NCBI GenBank assembly: GCA_039798785.1
Contig: JBDKFG010000012.1
Span: forward strand, 1 to 64,000
Length of the DNA: 64,000 nt
Direction: 5' to 3'
Source of the DNA: Verrucomicrobiota bacterium
GTDB lineage: Bacteria; Verrucomicrobiota; Lentisphaeria; Lentisphaerales; Lentisphaeraceae
How positions within the stretch are numbered: position 1 is the first letter of the stretch; every line of letters begins with the position of its first letter. A model generated the notes under the pieces. That model was given only the letters and a program-made list of their open reading frames with translations, had not been told where the DNA came from and did no database searches. Position numbers and translations under genes: made by a program. Positions 1-9,784 of the stretch are shown piece after piece.

Positions 1-15
1 CAAACTCTCCATCAC
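1..15 (-). rRNA. Probable extreme 5' end of a 16S rRNA gene (rest lies outside the window)
   Basis: Reverse complement of bases 1-10 is GGAGAGTTTG, the start of the universal 16S 5' motif (AGAGTTTGATC...). It is preceded by a non-coding leader with a hairpin (17-36) and an rrn-type promoter. Only 10 nt of match are visible. Confidence 0.55.
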
Positions 16-164
16 TTTCCTCCATCGCTGGAGGAACTTTTTTAGGTCGAGTCGAATGCCGAAGCATCCGCTCCAAGCTCTCTTTCCATCGCACTCCTCG
101 TGATCTCCCAAACCTCGCTCGATCGCTGGCTTCGCTTTCGCTAGGCTCTCGTCTCGTTTGCCAC

Positions 165-290
165 ATCAGCGGCGGGTTCATAGAATATCGCCAGTCCATT
201 CCCTGTCCAGAGGGCTTTTGAAGTTTTTTCGCATTTTTCCAAAAAAATCGCATAAATCATTAATTATTAATAAGATAAAAAATACTAACA
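165..290 (-). promoter_or_regulatory. rrn-like sigma70 promoter with UP element
   Basis: Minus strand TGGACA (209-204), 16-bp spacer, TATTCT (187-182), then GC-rich CCCGCCGCTGA. A very AT-rich tract lies upstream (about 215-290) in an otherwise GC-rich genome. Confidence 0.55.
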
Positions 291-434
291 AGCATCGACC
301 GCGAGCAAATGGGGGGGAAGTCCAGCTCCAGCCCACACTTCTTCGCTTTCACGATTTATGGCCCGGCACTTGCGTTTGAACTTGCATGGAGCATCAATAC
401 AACCAGGCGACACGCGCCTGACAGGGAGGGCAGC

Positions 435-1526
435 ATGGCTGAGGATCCCACACCATCCTTCATTGGCTCAGAAGACCATATCGGCTCTGCCGAGTCGGAA
501 GGCGAGTTCAACGAGTTTGTCGAGAACCAGCTCAGCGACATGATCGACAAGATTCTCGCCGACGGAGGCCTCGAAGGTCAAGGAGGCCGATCCAGCGAGA
601 TCATCGTCGAGATGGACGACATCTCGCCGCCGACCTTCAGCTACGGTGGCGGCAAGGGCGGGGGCGGCGGCAAGGGCGGCAAAGGGCCTGGAGAAGGTGC
701 TGAGAAGCTGCGCTTCAGCGTCTCCCGCGACCGCCTGATGGAGCTGATCGCCGAGAAACTCGGCCTTCCTGATCTCAAAAAGCAGGGCAAAGGCAAGATC
801 AAAGAGGTCTCCCTCGAATACAAGACCTTCGGACCCGCCGGCGTCATCCTCGATAAGCGCCGCACATTCCGCAGGGCTTTACGCTCCAGCGTCGGCACCG
901 GCACCTATGCCCCGCAGGACGGCAAACACGACATCGTCTTCCGCAAGCGAGATCGGCGCTACCGCCTGCCCGAGCGGGTCGAGAAGCCGCGCTTCAAGGC
1001 GGTGGTCTTCTACATGGGAGACATCTCCTACTCGACCCACGGCGAACGCCTCGAACTGGAAAAACGGGTGGTCGACTTCATTCGCGCCTGGCTCGACTTC
1101 AACTACGGTCCGGGAGCGGTCGAGCACCGCTACTTTGTCCATGACTCCGAGGCTCACGAGGTCAGCGCAGAGAACTTCTTCAACATCGAGAACGTCGGCG
1201 GCACCAAGGCCTTCCCCGCCTTCGAGCTGGTCGCCAACGTCGCCTTCAACGAATACGATCCCGAAAGCACCAACTTCTACGGCTTCTACTTCGGCGACGG
1301 CGAGCTCTTCGCCACCGACGCCGCCGAGATCTCCGAGATCATCCAGGGCCAGGTCTTCAGCACCTTCTCGCGTGTCGGCGTGGTCGAGGTTAAACCCTCG
1401 TCAATCTCCAATCTCGTCGACAAGCTGCGCGAACGTTTTGCCGGCGACAGTCTCGTCCGCCTCGAGCGACTCGACAGCAAGAGCGACATCGTCCGCACCA
1501 TCCGCAGCCTCTTTGGCGAGCGATGA
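435..1526 (+). CDS. YeaH/YhbH (DUF444) family protein
   Basis: Gly-rich GGGKGG segment, 'LPDLK', 'KAVVFYMGDISYS', 'GGT..FPAFEL', 'NFYGFYFGDGE'. Directly precedes SpoVR. ATG at 435 follows GGGAGGG. Confidence 0.85.
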   Translation: MAEDPTPSFIGSEDHIGSAESEGEFNEFVENQLSDMIDKILADGGLEGQGGRSSEIIVEMDDISPPTFSYGGGKGGGGGKGGKGPGEGAEKLRFSVSRDRLMELIAEKLGLPDLKKQGKGKIKEVSLEYKTFGPAGVILDKRRTFRRALRSSVGTGTYAPQDGKHDIVFRKRDRRYRLPERVEKPRFKAVVFYMGDISYSTHGERLELEKRVVDFIRAWLDFNYGPGAVEHRYFVHDSEAHEVSAENFFNIENVGGTKAFPAFELVANVAFNEYDPESTNFYGFYFGDGELFATDAAEISEIIQGQVFSTFSRVGVVEVKPSSISNLVDKLRERFAGDSLVRLERLDSKSDIVRTIRSLFGER

Positions 1527-1544
1527 TCACAGCAGGAGGATCCC

Positions 1545-3170
1545 ATGCGAAGCATCCGTACCGACAGCGAACTGGCCTTCCTCGAAAGCCGCGTCCTCCA
1601 TCACGCCGCAGCTTTTGGCAGAACTCTGCCGGAGATGCGCTTCTTCATCCTCAACCCGATGGAATTCTCGTCACTGTTGATCAAGCACGTCTATCCGGTG
1701 TCGCCGCCGAACATGTGGGAAGGCAAGGAGATGGTGCAGACCCGCAACCGCATCGAGAGCGGCCAGGAGTCGTCGCTCTACTACGAAGTGGTGCAGACCG
1801 GCCGACCTTCTTACGCCTATCTCAACGAGACCAACAACGCCATGACCCAGGCCTCGGTGATGGCGCACGTGGTCGGCCACTGCGAGTTCTCAGAGCTCAA
1901 CGTCATGCGCGACTCCGACGATGACCGCACCGAGAAGGTGATCCACCTCGCCCGCAAAGCCGAGCAAGCCCGCCGCTCGATGGGAGAGATGAGCTGGCGG
2001 AGCTGGTGGAACGCCTGCGAATCCGTAGCCCCCCTTATCTCTCCCAATTCTCAGTACAATCTCGCCGGTTCGATCGAGACCGACGCCTCCAATGCCCAGG
2101 CCGCGATGGAACACGAAGAGCATGACAAGCCTCTGCTCAGCAGCATCCCCTACTCCTCCACCATCCAAGAGATCCTGATGCCGGAGCAGCTCAAGACCGA
2201 ACGCCTGGTCAAGGAGGACGAACGCCGACGCGCCCGCGCCGAAACCCTCTCTCGCCGCGGCTACAAGCTGCGCGCCCCCTGCCAGGACATCCTAGGTTTC
2301 CTCCGCGACTACGCCCCGAAATCGGCGGCGGAACGCTCCGTCCTCGACTACCTCTACGCCGTCCGCTGCAAGTCAGACTTCGTCGGCCGCACCCAGATCA
2401 TGAACGAAGGCTGGGCGATGTACTGGGAAAAGAAGATCATGACCGAGCTCTTCAAGGAGCGTGCCTGCACCGGCATCATCGAGTCCTGCAAGGTCTTTTC
2501 CGGCGTCTGCTTCCCGCGCCCCTGGTTCCAGCGCAACCCCTACCACCTCGGCTTCCACATGTGGAACCGGATCGAAGAGGACTGGAACAAGGGCCGCCTG
2601 TCGAAGCAGTACAAGGACGAGACCTCGCGTCAGAGCCAGGCGGCCTGGAACCAAAAGCCGGACATGCCCGCGATCGACTTCATGGGCCACCTCGTGCGCA
2701 CATGCACCGACCACGAATTCCTCCGCCGCTACCTCAGCCTCGAAATGGTCGAGGAATTCCACCTCAACCGGGTCGACAAACGGATGGCCCAGCAGATCGG
2801 CCTCTCCGCCGACGACATCGTCCGTGAAGACCGCCGCTACGTCTGGGTCAAGCCCGATGACGTCAAGGACGACATGCTCAAGCTCTTCACCCACTTCCAC
2901 CGCCCCCGCCTCTATCTGATCGACACCGACTTCATGGACGGCGGCCTCCTGATCTACCACCGCGACGACGGCCGCGCGCTGCGCAGCGACTGGATCAAGC
3001 CGACCTTGAAGAACATCAACCTGATCTGGAAAGGCCCGGTCTGCCTCTTGACCAAGGAGAACCTTTACACATGGACCGCCGGCAACTACAATGAGCTTCG
3101 CGCCTCCGCCCCCGACTTCGAAACCGTCTGTGCCCGCATGTTAGACGGCGAAAAACCCTACAAACGCTGA
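1545..3170 (+). CDS. SpoVR family protein
   Basis: 'YEVVQ..PSYAYL..N......VMAHVVGH', 'TQIMNEGWAMYW', 'NPYHLGF'. Confidence 0.9.
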   Translation: MRSIRTDSELAFLESRVLHHAAAFGRTLPEMRFFILNPMEFSSLLIKHVYPVSPPNMWEGKEMVQTRNRIESGQESSLYYEVVQTGRPSYAYLNETNNAMTQASVMAHVVGHCEFSELNVMRDSDDDRTEKVIHLARKAEQARRSMGEMSWRSWWNACESVAPLISPNSQYNLAGSIETDASNAQAAMEHEEHDKPLLSSIPYSSTIQEILMPEQLKTERLVKEDERRRARAETLSRRGYKLRAPCQDILGFLRDYAPKSAAERSVLDYLYAVRCKSDFVGRTQIMNEGWAMYWEKKIMTELFKERACTGIIESCKVFSGVCFPRPWFQRNPYHLGFHMWNRIEEDWNKGRLSKQYKDETSRQSQAAWNQKPDMPAIDFMGHLVRTCTDHEFLRRYLSLEMVEEFHLNRVDKRMAQQIGLSADDIVREDRRYVWVKPDDVKDDMLKLFTHFHRPRLYLIDTDFMDGGLLIYHRDDGRALRSDWIKPTLKNINLIWKGPVCLLTKENLYTWTAGNYNELRASAPDFETVCARMLDGEKPYKR

Positions 3171-3190
3171 ACCCATAGCCAGGATCCCCG

Positions 3191-3424
3191 ATGAAAGACA
3201 AACTCAACCAGTTGGAAAAGGCCCTGTTGGAATCCGATCTGCCGCCGCACAAGCGCATGGAGATCCTCGCCATCCTGGCCGAACTGCGCCAGGACGACAA
3301 GCTCATCCATCCCGATCAGACCGGCATCCTCAGCCAACGTCTTCTCGAATTCGAATCCCGCCATCCCGAATTCAGCGGCACCATCGGCCGCCTCAGCTCT
3401 CTCCTGGCGGGCAGCGGGCTGTAA
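3191..3424 (+). CDS. Small DUF4404-like protein
   Basis: C-terminal 'LEFESRHPEFSGTIGRLSSLLAGSGL' resembles the DUF4404 pattern; RBS AGGA. Confidence 0.6.
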   Translation: MKDKLNQLEKALLESDLPPHKRMEILAILAELRQDDKLIHPDQTGILSQRLLEFESRHPEFSGTIGRLSSLLAGSGL

Positions 3425-3452
3425 GAGTCCATTCCTCAAATGTTGCCACGCA

Positions 3453-3487
3453 GCAAAACCAAGCTCTCATCAGAAGCTTGGTTTTGC
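3453..3487. terminator. Inverted repeat, probable terminator
   Basis: GCAAAACCAAGCT-9 nt-AGCTTGGTTTTGC immediately downstream of the yeaH-spoVR-DUF4404 genes. Confidence 0.6.
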
Positions 3488-3588
3488 GATTTTAAAGAAT
3501 TTTCTCCGAATTTCCCCAAAAGCCGCTAAGAAAGTCGCTGCCGTGCCATCATAGAGGCAGCAGGCGATGCGCCGGCCAGGAAAAGCAG

Positions 3589-4116
3589 ATGACGGATTCC
3601 GACAAGAAGCGACAGATCGCGGAAGCGCTCGCCCAATACGAGGGCGCGCTGCTGCGTTACGCCACCGGCCTCTGCGGCCACGGCGACATCGCCCGCGACG
3701 CCGTGCAAGATGCCTTCATCAAACTCTGGAGCCTCGGCCCGGCAGACCAGCCGCAACAGCTCCGCCCCTGGCTCTACACCGTCGTCCGCAACCGCGTCTA
3801 TGAAATCCTGCGCAAGGACAAACGCATGTTCTCCACCGATCCGGCGCGACTGCCGCAACAAGAAGGCACCGCCAGCCATCCCTCCGATGTGCTGCGTGCT
3901 ACCGAAGAAGCGCAACAGCTGCAGCGCCTGGTGGCGGTCCTGCCCGAACGCGAACGCGAACTCATCCGCCTCAAATACCAGGACGGACTGAGCTACCAGG
4001 AAATGAGCGGCGTCACCGGCCTGAGCATCTCCCACATCGGCGTCATCCTTCACAAAACCATCAAAGCCCTGCGTCAACAGGCCGGCCGCAACGACGGCCA
4101 AGGAGTCCTCGCATGA
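3589..4116 (+). CDS. ECF RNA polymerase sigma factor
   Basis: Region 2 'ARDAVQDAFIKLW...PWLYTVVRN' and region 4 'LPERERELIRLKYQDGLSYQEMS'. Confidence 0.9.
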   Translation: MTDSDKKRQIAEALAQYEGALLRYATGLCGHGDIARDAVQDAFIKLWSLGPADQPQQLRPWLYTVVRNRVYEILRKDKRMFSTDPARLPQQEGTASHPSDVLRATEEAQQLQRLVAVLPERERELIRLKYQDGLSYQEMSGVTGLSISHIGVILHKTIKALRQQAGRNDGQGVLA

Positions 4117-5270
4117 ACATGGAAATTCAGCCCGAGGACGGCGATCTGCGGGTGACGCAATACATCCTCGGTGAAATGAGCCCCGCTGAGCGAAGCGCCT
4201 TTGAAGCCGACGTGGCGGCCAACCCTGAATTGGCTCGTGAAGTCGCCGACATGAACGCCTTTTCCACCTCCCTCGGCGGCGCCTTGGCGTCAGTGCCAAT
4301 GCCCAGCCTAGCCCCCGGGCAGCGCGATCAGCTTCTGCAGGGCCCAGCCACTGCCAAAGCCGCCGGTCTATCGAGCGGATGGATCCTGTCACTCGGCGGT
4401 GGCCTGGCGGTCGCCGCAGCCTTGCTCATCGTCTTCCTTCCCGGCCTGCGGCAGAAAAATGCGCCGCAGGAGCAAGTCGCCTTGCGGGCCCCGCAAAAGC
4501 CCACAATGGAAAAACGCCAAGAGCTCGATCTGAAGGATGTTGCCGCAGTGGCGCCGAAACCGGAAATGACCGACAGTAAGCAGGCAAAAGTCGCCGCGGC
4601 GTCGGCCCCGAAACCCGCCGCCGCGATGGCGGAAGAACCCAGTCTCATGACCGTCGCACCGCCGCCGCAAGCGATGAAGGAATCGCGAATGGCGGCCAAA
4701 ACCTCAAGCGTCCAGACTAGGAAAATCGCCGTCGAAATACCACGGTACGAAAGGCTGGATCTGAGCGACAAGAAACTGTGGCGCCATCTCAGCCCCGAGG
4801 AAACGGCGCTGATCAAGGCCTGCGTCGCGCAAAGCTCCGGATTCAAAACCTGGGGAAGCACCGTGCCCAAGAATATCATCGCGGATCCGATCCCCACCAA
4901 TATCGGGATTCGGCGGCAGGCAGGATCGAAGCCTGACATCTTCTTTTCCTGGAATGGCAGTCTGCTTTCCATCGACGATCGACTCTTGTGCGTTCCTGAG
5001 GAACAGGCTCAAACCTTGAAGTCCATCTTCACCCGCTGGGCGAATGAAGACAATGAACGTGTCAAACAGGCCATCCTGCAGCAGCCCTTGCCCCTTGAAT
5101 ATCGCGTCGGTTCCTTCAAGGACGGCGGCAGCCTGTCTGGCCTCGCCCGCGAGTTCTATGGCGACGCCAAGTTGTGGAAGCTGATCTATGAAGCCAACAA
5201 GAAAACACTCAAGTCTCCCGATGAAGTCAAAGACGGCATGCTGCTGACCATTCCGAAGAAGGCGGAATAA
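4113..5270 (+). CDS. Putative membrane anti-sigma factor with C-terminal LysM domain
   Basis: ATGA overlap with the ECF gene. N-terminal 'YILGEMSPAERSAFE' anti-sigma-like helices, one TM helix, Ala/Pro/Lys linker, C-terminal 'GSLSGLAREFYGDAKLWKLIYEANK..LKSPDEVKDGMLLTIP' LysM. Confidence 0.75.
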   Translation: MNMEIQPEDGDLRVTQYILGEMSPAERSAFEADVAANPELAREVADMNAFSTSLGGALASVPMPSLAPGQRDQLLQGPATAKAAGLSSGWILSLGGGLAVAAALLIVFLPGLRQKNAPQEQVALRAPQKPTMEKRQELDLKDVAAVAPKPEMTDSKQAKVAAASAPKPAAAMAEEPSLMTVAPPPQAMKESRMAAKTSSVQTRKIAVEIPRYERLDLSDKKLWRHLSPEETALIKACVAQSSGFKTWGSTVPKNIIADPIPTNIGIRRQAGSKPDIFFSWNGSLLSIDDRLLCVPEEQAQTLKSIFTRWANEDNERVKQAILQQPLPLEYRVGSFKDGGSLSGLAREFYGDAKLWKLIYEANKKTLKSPDEVKDGMLLTIPKKAE

Positions 5271-5310
5271 GCCCAAACTCGATCGGGACGATCGAGCCAC
5301 ATCGAGCAGC

Positions 5311-5340
5311 AAAAACCCGCGCTTTTCAGCGCGGGTTTCT
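5311..5340. terminator. Bidirectional intrinsic terminator
   Basis: AAAAACCCGCGC-TTTTCA-GCGCGGGTTTCT between convergent genes. Confidence 0.75.
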
Positions 5341-5360
5341 GTTTCAGATCAAGGCTCCGA

Positions 5361-6668
5361 TCAGAAGCACTTGGTCTGGCCGGGGACGGCGATCGGGTAG
5401 AGACCGTCTTTGCCGGGCAAAACCAGGGTTTCTTTGCGGGCGACGACTTCGGGATCGAAATAGCGGAAGTTCGAGTTCAGCATTGCATCCCAGGTGATCT
5501 CCTTGCCCGAGTAGGCGGCGGTGCGGCCCATGATGGCGGTAAGAGTGGAGTGGGCGCCATATTCACCCTCGTTGAGGATTTTCCCTTCGGCGAGGTTGTT
5601 CATCAGGTCGACCCATTCGTTGGCGTGGCCACCGGGGTTGGGACCTTTGAAGCGCCACAGCGACTTGCCGTCATGGTCGTCGATACGGCCGTTGCAGTTG
5701 ACCGTGCCCTTCTCGCAGACGAGATGCTCGGAGACGTCGTTCCAGGCGCCGGGGATGTGGCCGCCGTAGCTCTGCAGGGTGACGCCGTTGGCGTAGGTGT
5801 ATTCGATCGCGGTGTGGTCGAAGATCTCGCCGAATTTCTTCTGGCCTTTGCGGACTTCGCGACCGCCAAAGCCGCGGGCCTTGATCGGAGTCGAGCCGTT
5901 GAACCAGTTGAAGACGTCGAGGTTGTGGATGTGCTGCTCGCAGATCTGGTCGCCGCAGAGCCAGTTGAAGTAGTACCAGTTGCGCATCTGATAATCGAAT
6001 TCGCTGCCTTGCTGGTCGCGGACCCAGACCCCGGCGTTGACCCAGTAGACGCGGCCGCTGAGGATCTTGCCGACCAGACCGGACTGGACCTGCTTCAGGG
6101 TTTCGCGGTAGCCGTTCTCGTGATGGCGCTGCAGGCCGACGGCGACATAGAGGTTCTTCTTTTTTGCTTCTTCGACCGCGGCAAGCACCTGGCGGATGCC
6201 CGGAGCGTCGACCGCCACCGGCTTTTCCATGAAGACGTGCTTATTCTGCTTCACTGCGTACTCGAAATGCGGCGGACGGAAGCCCGGGGGAGTGGCGAGG
6301 ATGACCATGTCGCAGCCGGAGTCGACGGCTTTCTGGAAAGCGTCAAGACCGCTGAACTTGCGATCGCCGATGTCGATCTGCTTGGGGCGTTGCTGGGCGA
6401 CGCGATTGAAGTGGTTGGCGGCGCCGTTGACGGCATCTTCGAAGTAATCGGCGAGGGCGACTATGACAGCATTGGGGTTGGCTTCTAGTGCCTGAGTGGC
6501 GGCTCCGGTGCCGCGCCCGCCGCAACCGATCAGAGCGATCTTGATGGCAGGCTTGACTTTGTCCTCGGCAGCAGAAGCGCCAAGGGCGAAGGCCCCGGCA
6601 CCCAATGCGCCGATTTTGAGGAAGTTGCGTCGATCGGAAGTCAAGGGTAAAAGTCCGCGGAAGGCCAT
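5361..6668 (-). CDS. Tat-exported Gfo/Idh/MocA family oxidoreductase
   Basis: 'DRRNFLK' Tat motif, 'IGCGGRG', 'FMEKP', 'EQHIHNLD'. Start could alternatively be TTG at 6644. Confidence 0.9.
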   Translation of the reverse strand: MAFRGLLPLTSDRRNFLKIGALGAGAFALGASAAEDKVKPAIKIALIGCGGRGTGAATQALEANPNAVIVALADYFEDAVNGAANHFNRVAQQRPKQIDIGDRKFSGLDAFQKAVDSGCDMVILATPPGFRPPHFEYAVKQNKHVFMEKPVAVDAPGIRQVLAAVEEAKKKNLYVAVGLQRHHENGYRETLKQVQSGLVGKILSGRVYWVNAGVWVRDQQGSEFDYQMRNWYYFNWLCGDQICEQHIHNLDVFNWFNGSTPIKARGFGGREVRKGQKKFGEIFDHTAIEYTYANGVTLQSYGGHIPGAWNDVSEHLVCEKGTVNCNGRIDDHDGKSLWRFKGPNPGGHANEWVDLMNNLAEGKILNEGEYGAHSTLTAIMGRTAAYSGKEITWDAMLNSNFRYFDPEVVARKETLVLPGKDGLYPIAVPGQTKCF

Positions 6669-6925
6669 TTTGATTCTCCAGATTTTGTATCTTGTTAGGT
6701 GGATCGATTCTCCCCGCGACAAGGGGGAGGCTTGCCAAGTAATGACACGAATTGGGCCTTGATGTTGCAGGCAATCCCTATTTTTTGACACGGAAGCTCA
6801 GCTCTTCAAGATCTTGCGCCCTCATCATTCATCAAGCTTTTGAAGCTTTCCTTGCTGTCCATTCCGCAAAGTCGTTCCCGAGCTATAGTTCGCGACCAGA
6901 AAATCAAAATTCCCAAGGAGCCCCC

Positions 6926-8020
6926 ATGTCCCTGCCCAAGGTCCTTTCCGTCAATCACGACCTCCCCATCCGCACCGACAAGCCGGTCCACTCCGGCAAG
7001 GTCCGCTCGGTCTACTGGCTCAGCGCCGCCGATTCGGCCCGCCTGATCAAGGAGAAGGGCTACAAGGTCCCCGCCGACACCCCCCTCGCGGTGATGGTCA
7101 TCTCCGACCGCATCTCGGCCTTCGACTGCATCTGGCGCGGCCAGGACGGCCTCGACGGCATCCCCGGCAAGGGCCTCGCCCTCAACTCCATCGCCTCGCA
7201 CTGGTTCAAGACCTTCGAGGCCCGCGGCCTCGCCGGCAACCACATCCTCGACATCCCCCACCCCTACCTGTGGATCGTCCGCCAGGCCCGCCCGGTCAAG
7301 GTCGAAGCCATCGCCCGCGGCTACATCACCGGCTCGATGTGGCGCGATTACTCGAAGGGCAAACGCGACATCTGCGGCATCGCCATGCCGGAAGGCCTGA
7401 AGCAGAACCAGAAACTGCCCGAAGTCATCGTCACCCCCTCCACCAAGGGCATCCTCAAGGGCATCCCCGGCGTCCCCGAGGCCGATGACGTCAACGTCAC
7501 CCGCGCCCAGATCACCGCCAACCTCAAGGACTTCGGCCTCAAGTCGGAAGCCGATCTCGCCCTGCTCGAAAAACTCCTCAAGGACGGCTTCGCCGCCATC
7601 TCCGACGAGCTCGCCAAGATCGACCAGGTCTTCGTCGACACCAAATTCGAATTCGGCTACGTCAAGGAAGCCGACGGCAGCGAGAAGCTGATCTACATCG
7701 ACGAAGTCGGCACCCCCGACTCGTCGCGCATCTGGGACGGCCCCGCCTACCGCCAGGGCAAGATCGTCGAGAACTCCAAGGAGGACTTCCGCCAGATCCT
7801 CTTGAGCACCCTCGACAGCGACATCCTCCTCAACAAGGACCGCATGCCGGAACGCGAAGCCCTCGCCGCCAAGACCCTCCTGCCGGTCGAAACCATGATG
7901 CGCGTCTCGGCCACCTACGTCGGCATCGCCGAAAAGATCCTCGGCCGCAAACTCGTCATTCCGCAGGATCCCCGCGCCGAGCTTGACGGCGTTCTCAGCG
8001 CCTACGGCATCCGCGCCTGA
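6926..8020 (+). CDS. purC: SAICAR synthase (long, Vibrio-like type)
   Basis: 'SGKVRSVY', 'SDRISAFD', 'RGYITGSMW', 'TPSTK', 'VDTKFEFG', '[10 protein letters not shown]'; RBS AAGGAG. Confidence 0.93.
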   Translation: MSLPKVLSVNHDLPIRTDKPVHSGKVRSVYWLSAADSARLIKEKGYKVPADTPLAVMVISDRISAFDCIWRGQDGLDGIPGKGLALNSIASHWFKTFEARGLAGNHILDIPHPYLWIVRQARPVKVEAIARGYITGSMWRDYSKGKRDICGIAMPEGLKQNQKLPEVIVTPSTKGILKGIPGVPEADDVNVTRAQITANLKDFGLKSEADLALLEKLLKDGFAAISDELAKIDQVFVDTKFEFGYVKEADGSEKLIYIDEVGTPDSSRIWDGPAYRQGKIVENSKEDFRQILLSTLDSDILLNKDRMPEREALAAKTLLPVETMMRVSATYVGIAEKILGRKLVIPQDPRAELDGVLSAYGIRA

Positions 8021-8652
8021 TGAAAACCCTCCGCCAAACCCTGCTCGTCCTGGTCTGCCTCCTCGTCGCCGGTTGTTTCGACCTCGACGAGAAGATCACT
8101 TTGCACGACGACGGCTCAGCTCAAATCGAGCTGAACTGGTCAGCGGAGAAGGCCCGTGCCGACCTCGCCTCCGACCTGCAAACCGCCGCTTCGGGCCAGG
8201 CTGGCGGCCTCGGATTTTTCGATGAGAAGGCGATGCGCAACTACCTGGCGAAAATCCCCGGAGTCGAGATCGACGTCGCGCGCTGCTGGGAGAAAGACCA
8301 GGTCAGACACGGCCGAGCCATCTTGCAAGTCAAAGACCTGCGCGCCGCACTCAAGGCCGGTCTACTGCCCCGCACCACCTTGAATTTCGACAAGAAGACC
8401 GGCTTGTGGACTCTTGAGATGAAGCCCGACGCCGATCTCGACCGCAAGGCCTTCCCTCCGTCCGAGGCCGAGGCAATCCGCCAGATCCGAATGAAACTCT
8501 GCTTCGAAGTCCCCGGCGAGCTCATCAGCCACAACGGCCACAGCAAAGACGGTGACAAGGTAACCTGGGAATTCGGGCCGCAGCGCAGCCTCCTCGGCGC
8601 TCCTCGCGCCTTTACAGCCAGCTTCAAGAGTGACAAGCTGAAGAAACCCTGA
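8020..8652 (+). CDS. Lipoprotein (LppM/DUF3153-like)
   Basis: Lipobox LVAGC; 'DDGSAQI' and 'PGELISHNG....KVTW' patterns. Confidence 0.6.
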   Translation: MKTLRQTLLVLVCLLVAGCFDLDEKITLHDDGSAQIELNWSAEKARADLASDLQTAASGQAGGLGFFDEKAMRNYLAKIPGVEIDVARCWEKDQVRHGRAILQVKDLRAALKAGLLPRTTLNFDKKTGLWTLEMKPDADLDRKAFPPSEAEAIRQIRMKLCFEVPGELISHNGHSKDGDKVTWEFGPQRSLLGAPRAFTASFKSDKLKKP

Positions 8653-8696
8653 AGTCAATACAGCGCCGCGGCCTTGATGCAGAAGCGCCTCTTCAA

Positions 8697-9722
8697 TCAC
8701 CCCAGAATCTCGGCGCCACCGTAGCGTTCCGCTTCGCCGAGGATGGCAGCGCGGACGCCACGCAGCAGACTCCAGCCTTGCGGCCCGAGCCCCTGACCCA
8801 GCAATTGGGCAAAGCGTTCCTGCGGGCCCGAGTCGAGACGGCGAAACTCCTCTCCTTTCCAGGTCCAGAGCCCCTCGCCTCGAAAGCCGAAATCAAGCCC
8901 GAAGCCGCTGGAAAAGGACTCCTCTTGAAGAGGATTGAAACCAGGACTGAGATTGTCACGGATGCCGTCGCGCAGACGCAAGCCGATGCGAGCCAGGGAC
9001 TCGCTGTGTTCGACAGGATCGAGATGGCGGTGCCGCCAATGATCGGAAAGACGATCCATCGCGTCGTCGAGTGCCCGGAGACGGAGCTGGGCCGGCGGCG
9101 ATTGCAGGCGTTCAAGCAGGCTCGAATCGGGACTCGGGCTGACCCAGGACTCCTTGAATCCAAGCCCCTCCAGCAGGGCTGGGTCGCCGGAAATCTGAAA
9201 TGAGGACTCGGAGCTCAGCACCAGCTCACCTTTGCGGTTCAATGCAGCGTTGACCCCAGAAGCCGATCGGTTGATCCGGGAGAGGAGCGAATCGACGGTG
9301 TCGACCCCGGCAGAGACGAGAATGTCAATGCCATTGAGGCGGAGCGAACCTGAAGCGCTCAGGGGCGAGTCCGCCAATTGAGAAAGGCTGACGGTGGCGT
9401 TGTCGTCACTGCTGCCGCCAAGAGCGATGCCGGCCGTGCTGCGGGCGAGGGGTGCCTTCAGGTCATCCTTCCTCCCTCGAAGCTCGTCATCTAGCTGTCC
9501 GGCGATCCCAGCCCAGGCGATGAGATCGGCTCGGTAACGCCGCAGCGCCTCGCTACGAGTCGACAGGCTCAGGACTCGGTCGGCCGTGTCTGAGGGCTCA
9601 GGGCTGACTCGGGGCCGGGCCTCCGGCCGCATCAAAGCAACCAGACTGCTCAACTCGCGGCTGCTCGGCGCAATCCACATCGCACTCATCCCCCCCGTCC
9701 TCAATCTACTCCGTTCCCGCAC
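8697..9722 (-). CDS. Hypothetical protein containing a flagellin-hook IN-like (FliD-like) segment
   Basis: 'SGSLRLNGIDILVSAGVDTVDSLLSRINRSASGVNAAL..GELVLSS'. Start uncertain (several downstream ATGs). Confidence 0.5.
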   Translation of the reverse strand: MRERSRLRTGGMSAMWIAPSSRELSSLVALMRPEARPRVSPEPSDTADRVLSLSTRSEALRRYRADLIAWAGIAGQLDDELRGRKDDLKAPLARSTAGIALGGSSDDNATVSLSQLADSPLSASGSLRLNGIDILVSAGVDTVDSLLSRINRSASGVNAALNRKGELVLSSESSFQISGDPALLEGLGFKESWVSPSPDSSLLERLQSPPAQLRLRALDDAMDRLSDHWRHRHLDPVEHSESLARIGLRLRDGIRDNLSPGFNPLQEESFSSGFGLDFGFRGEGLWTWKGEEFRRLDSGPQERFAQLLGQGLGPQGWSLLRGVRAAILGEAERYGGAEILG

Positions 9723-9784
9723 CGACGCATCAGGCTTGCAAGATGAGCCCTGAGGGGCTTATAATGGGCTGAGGAGGCGCCACC

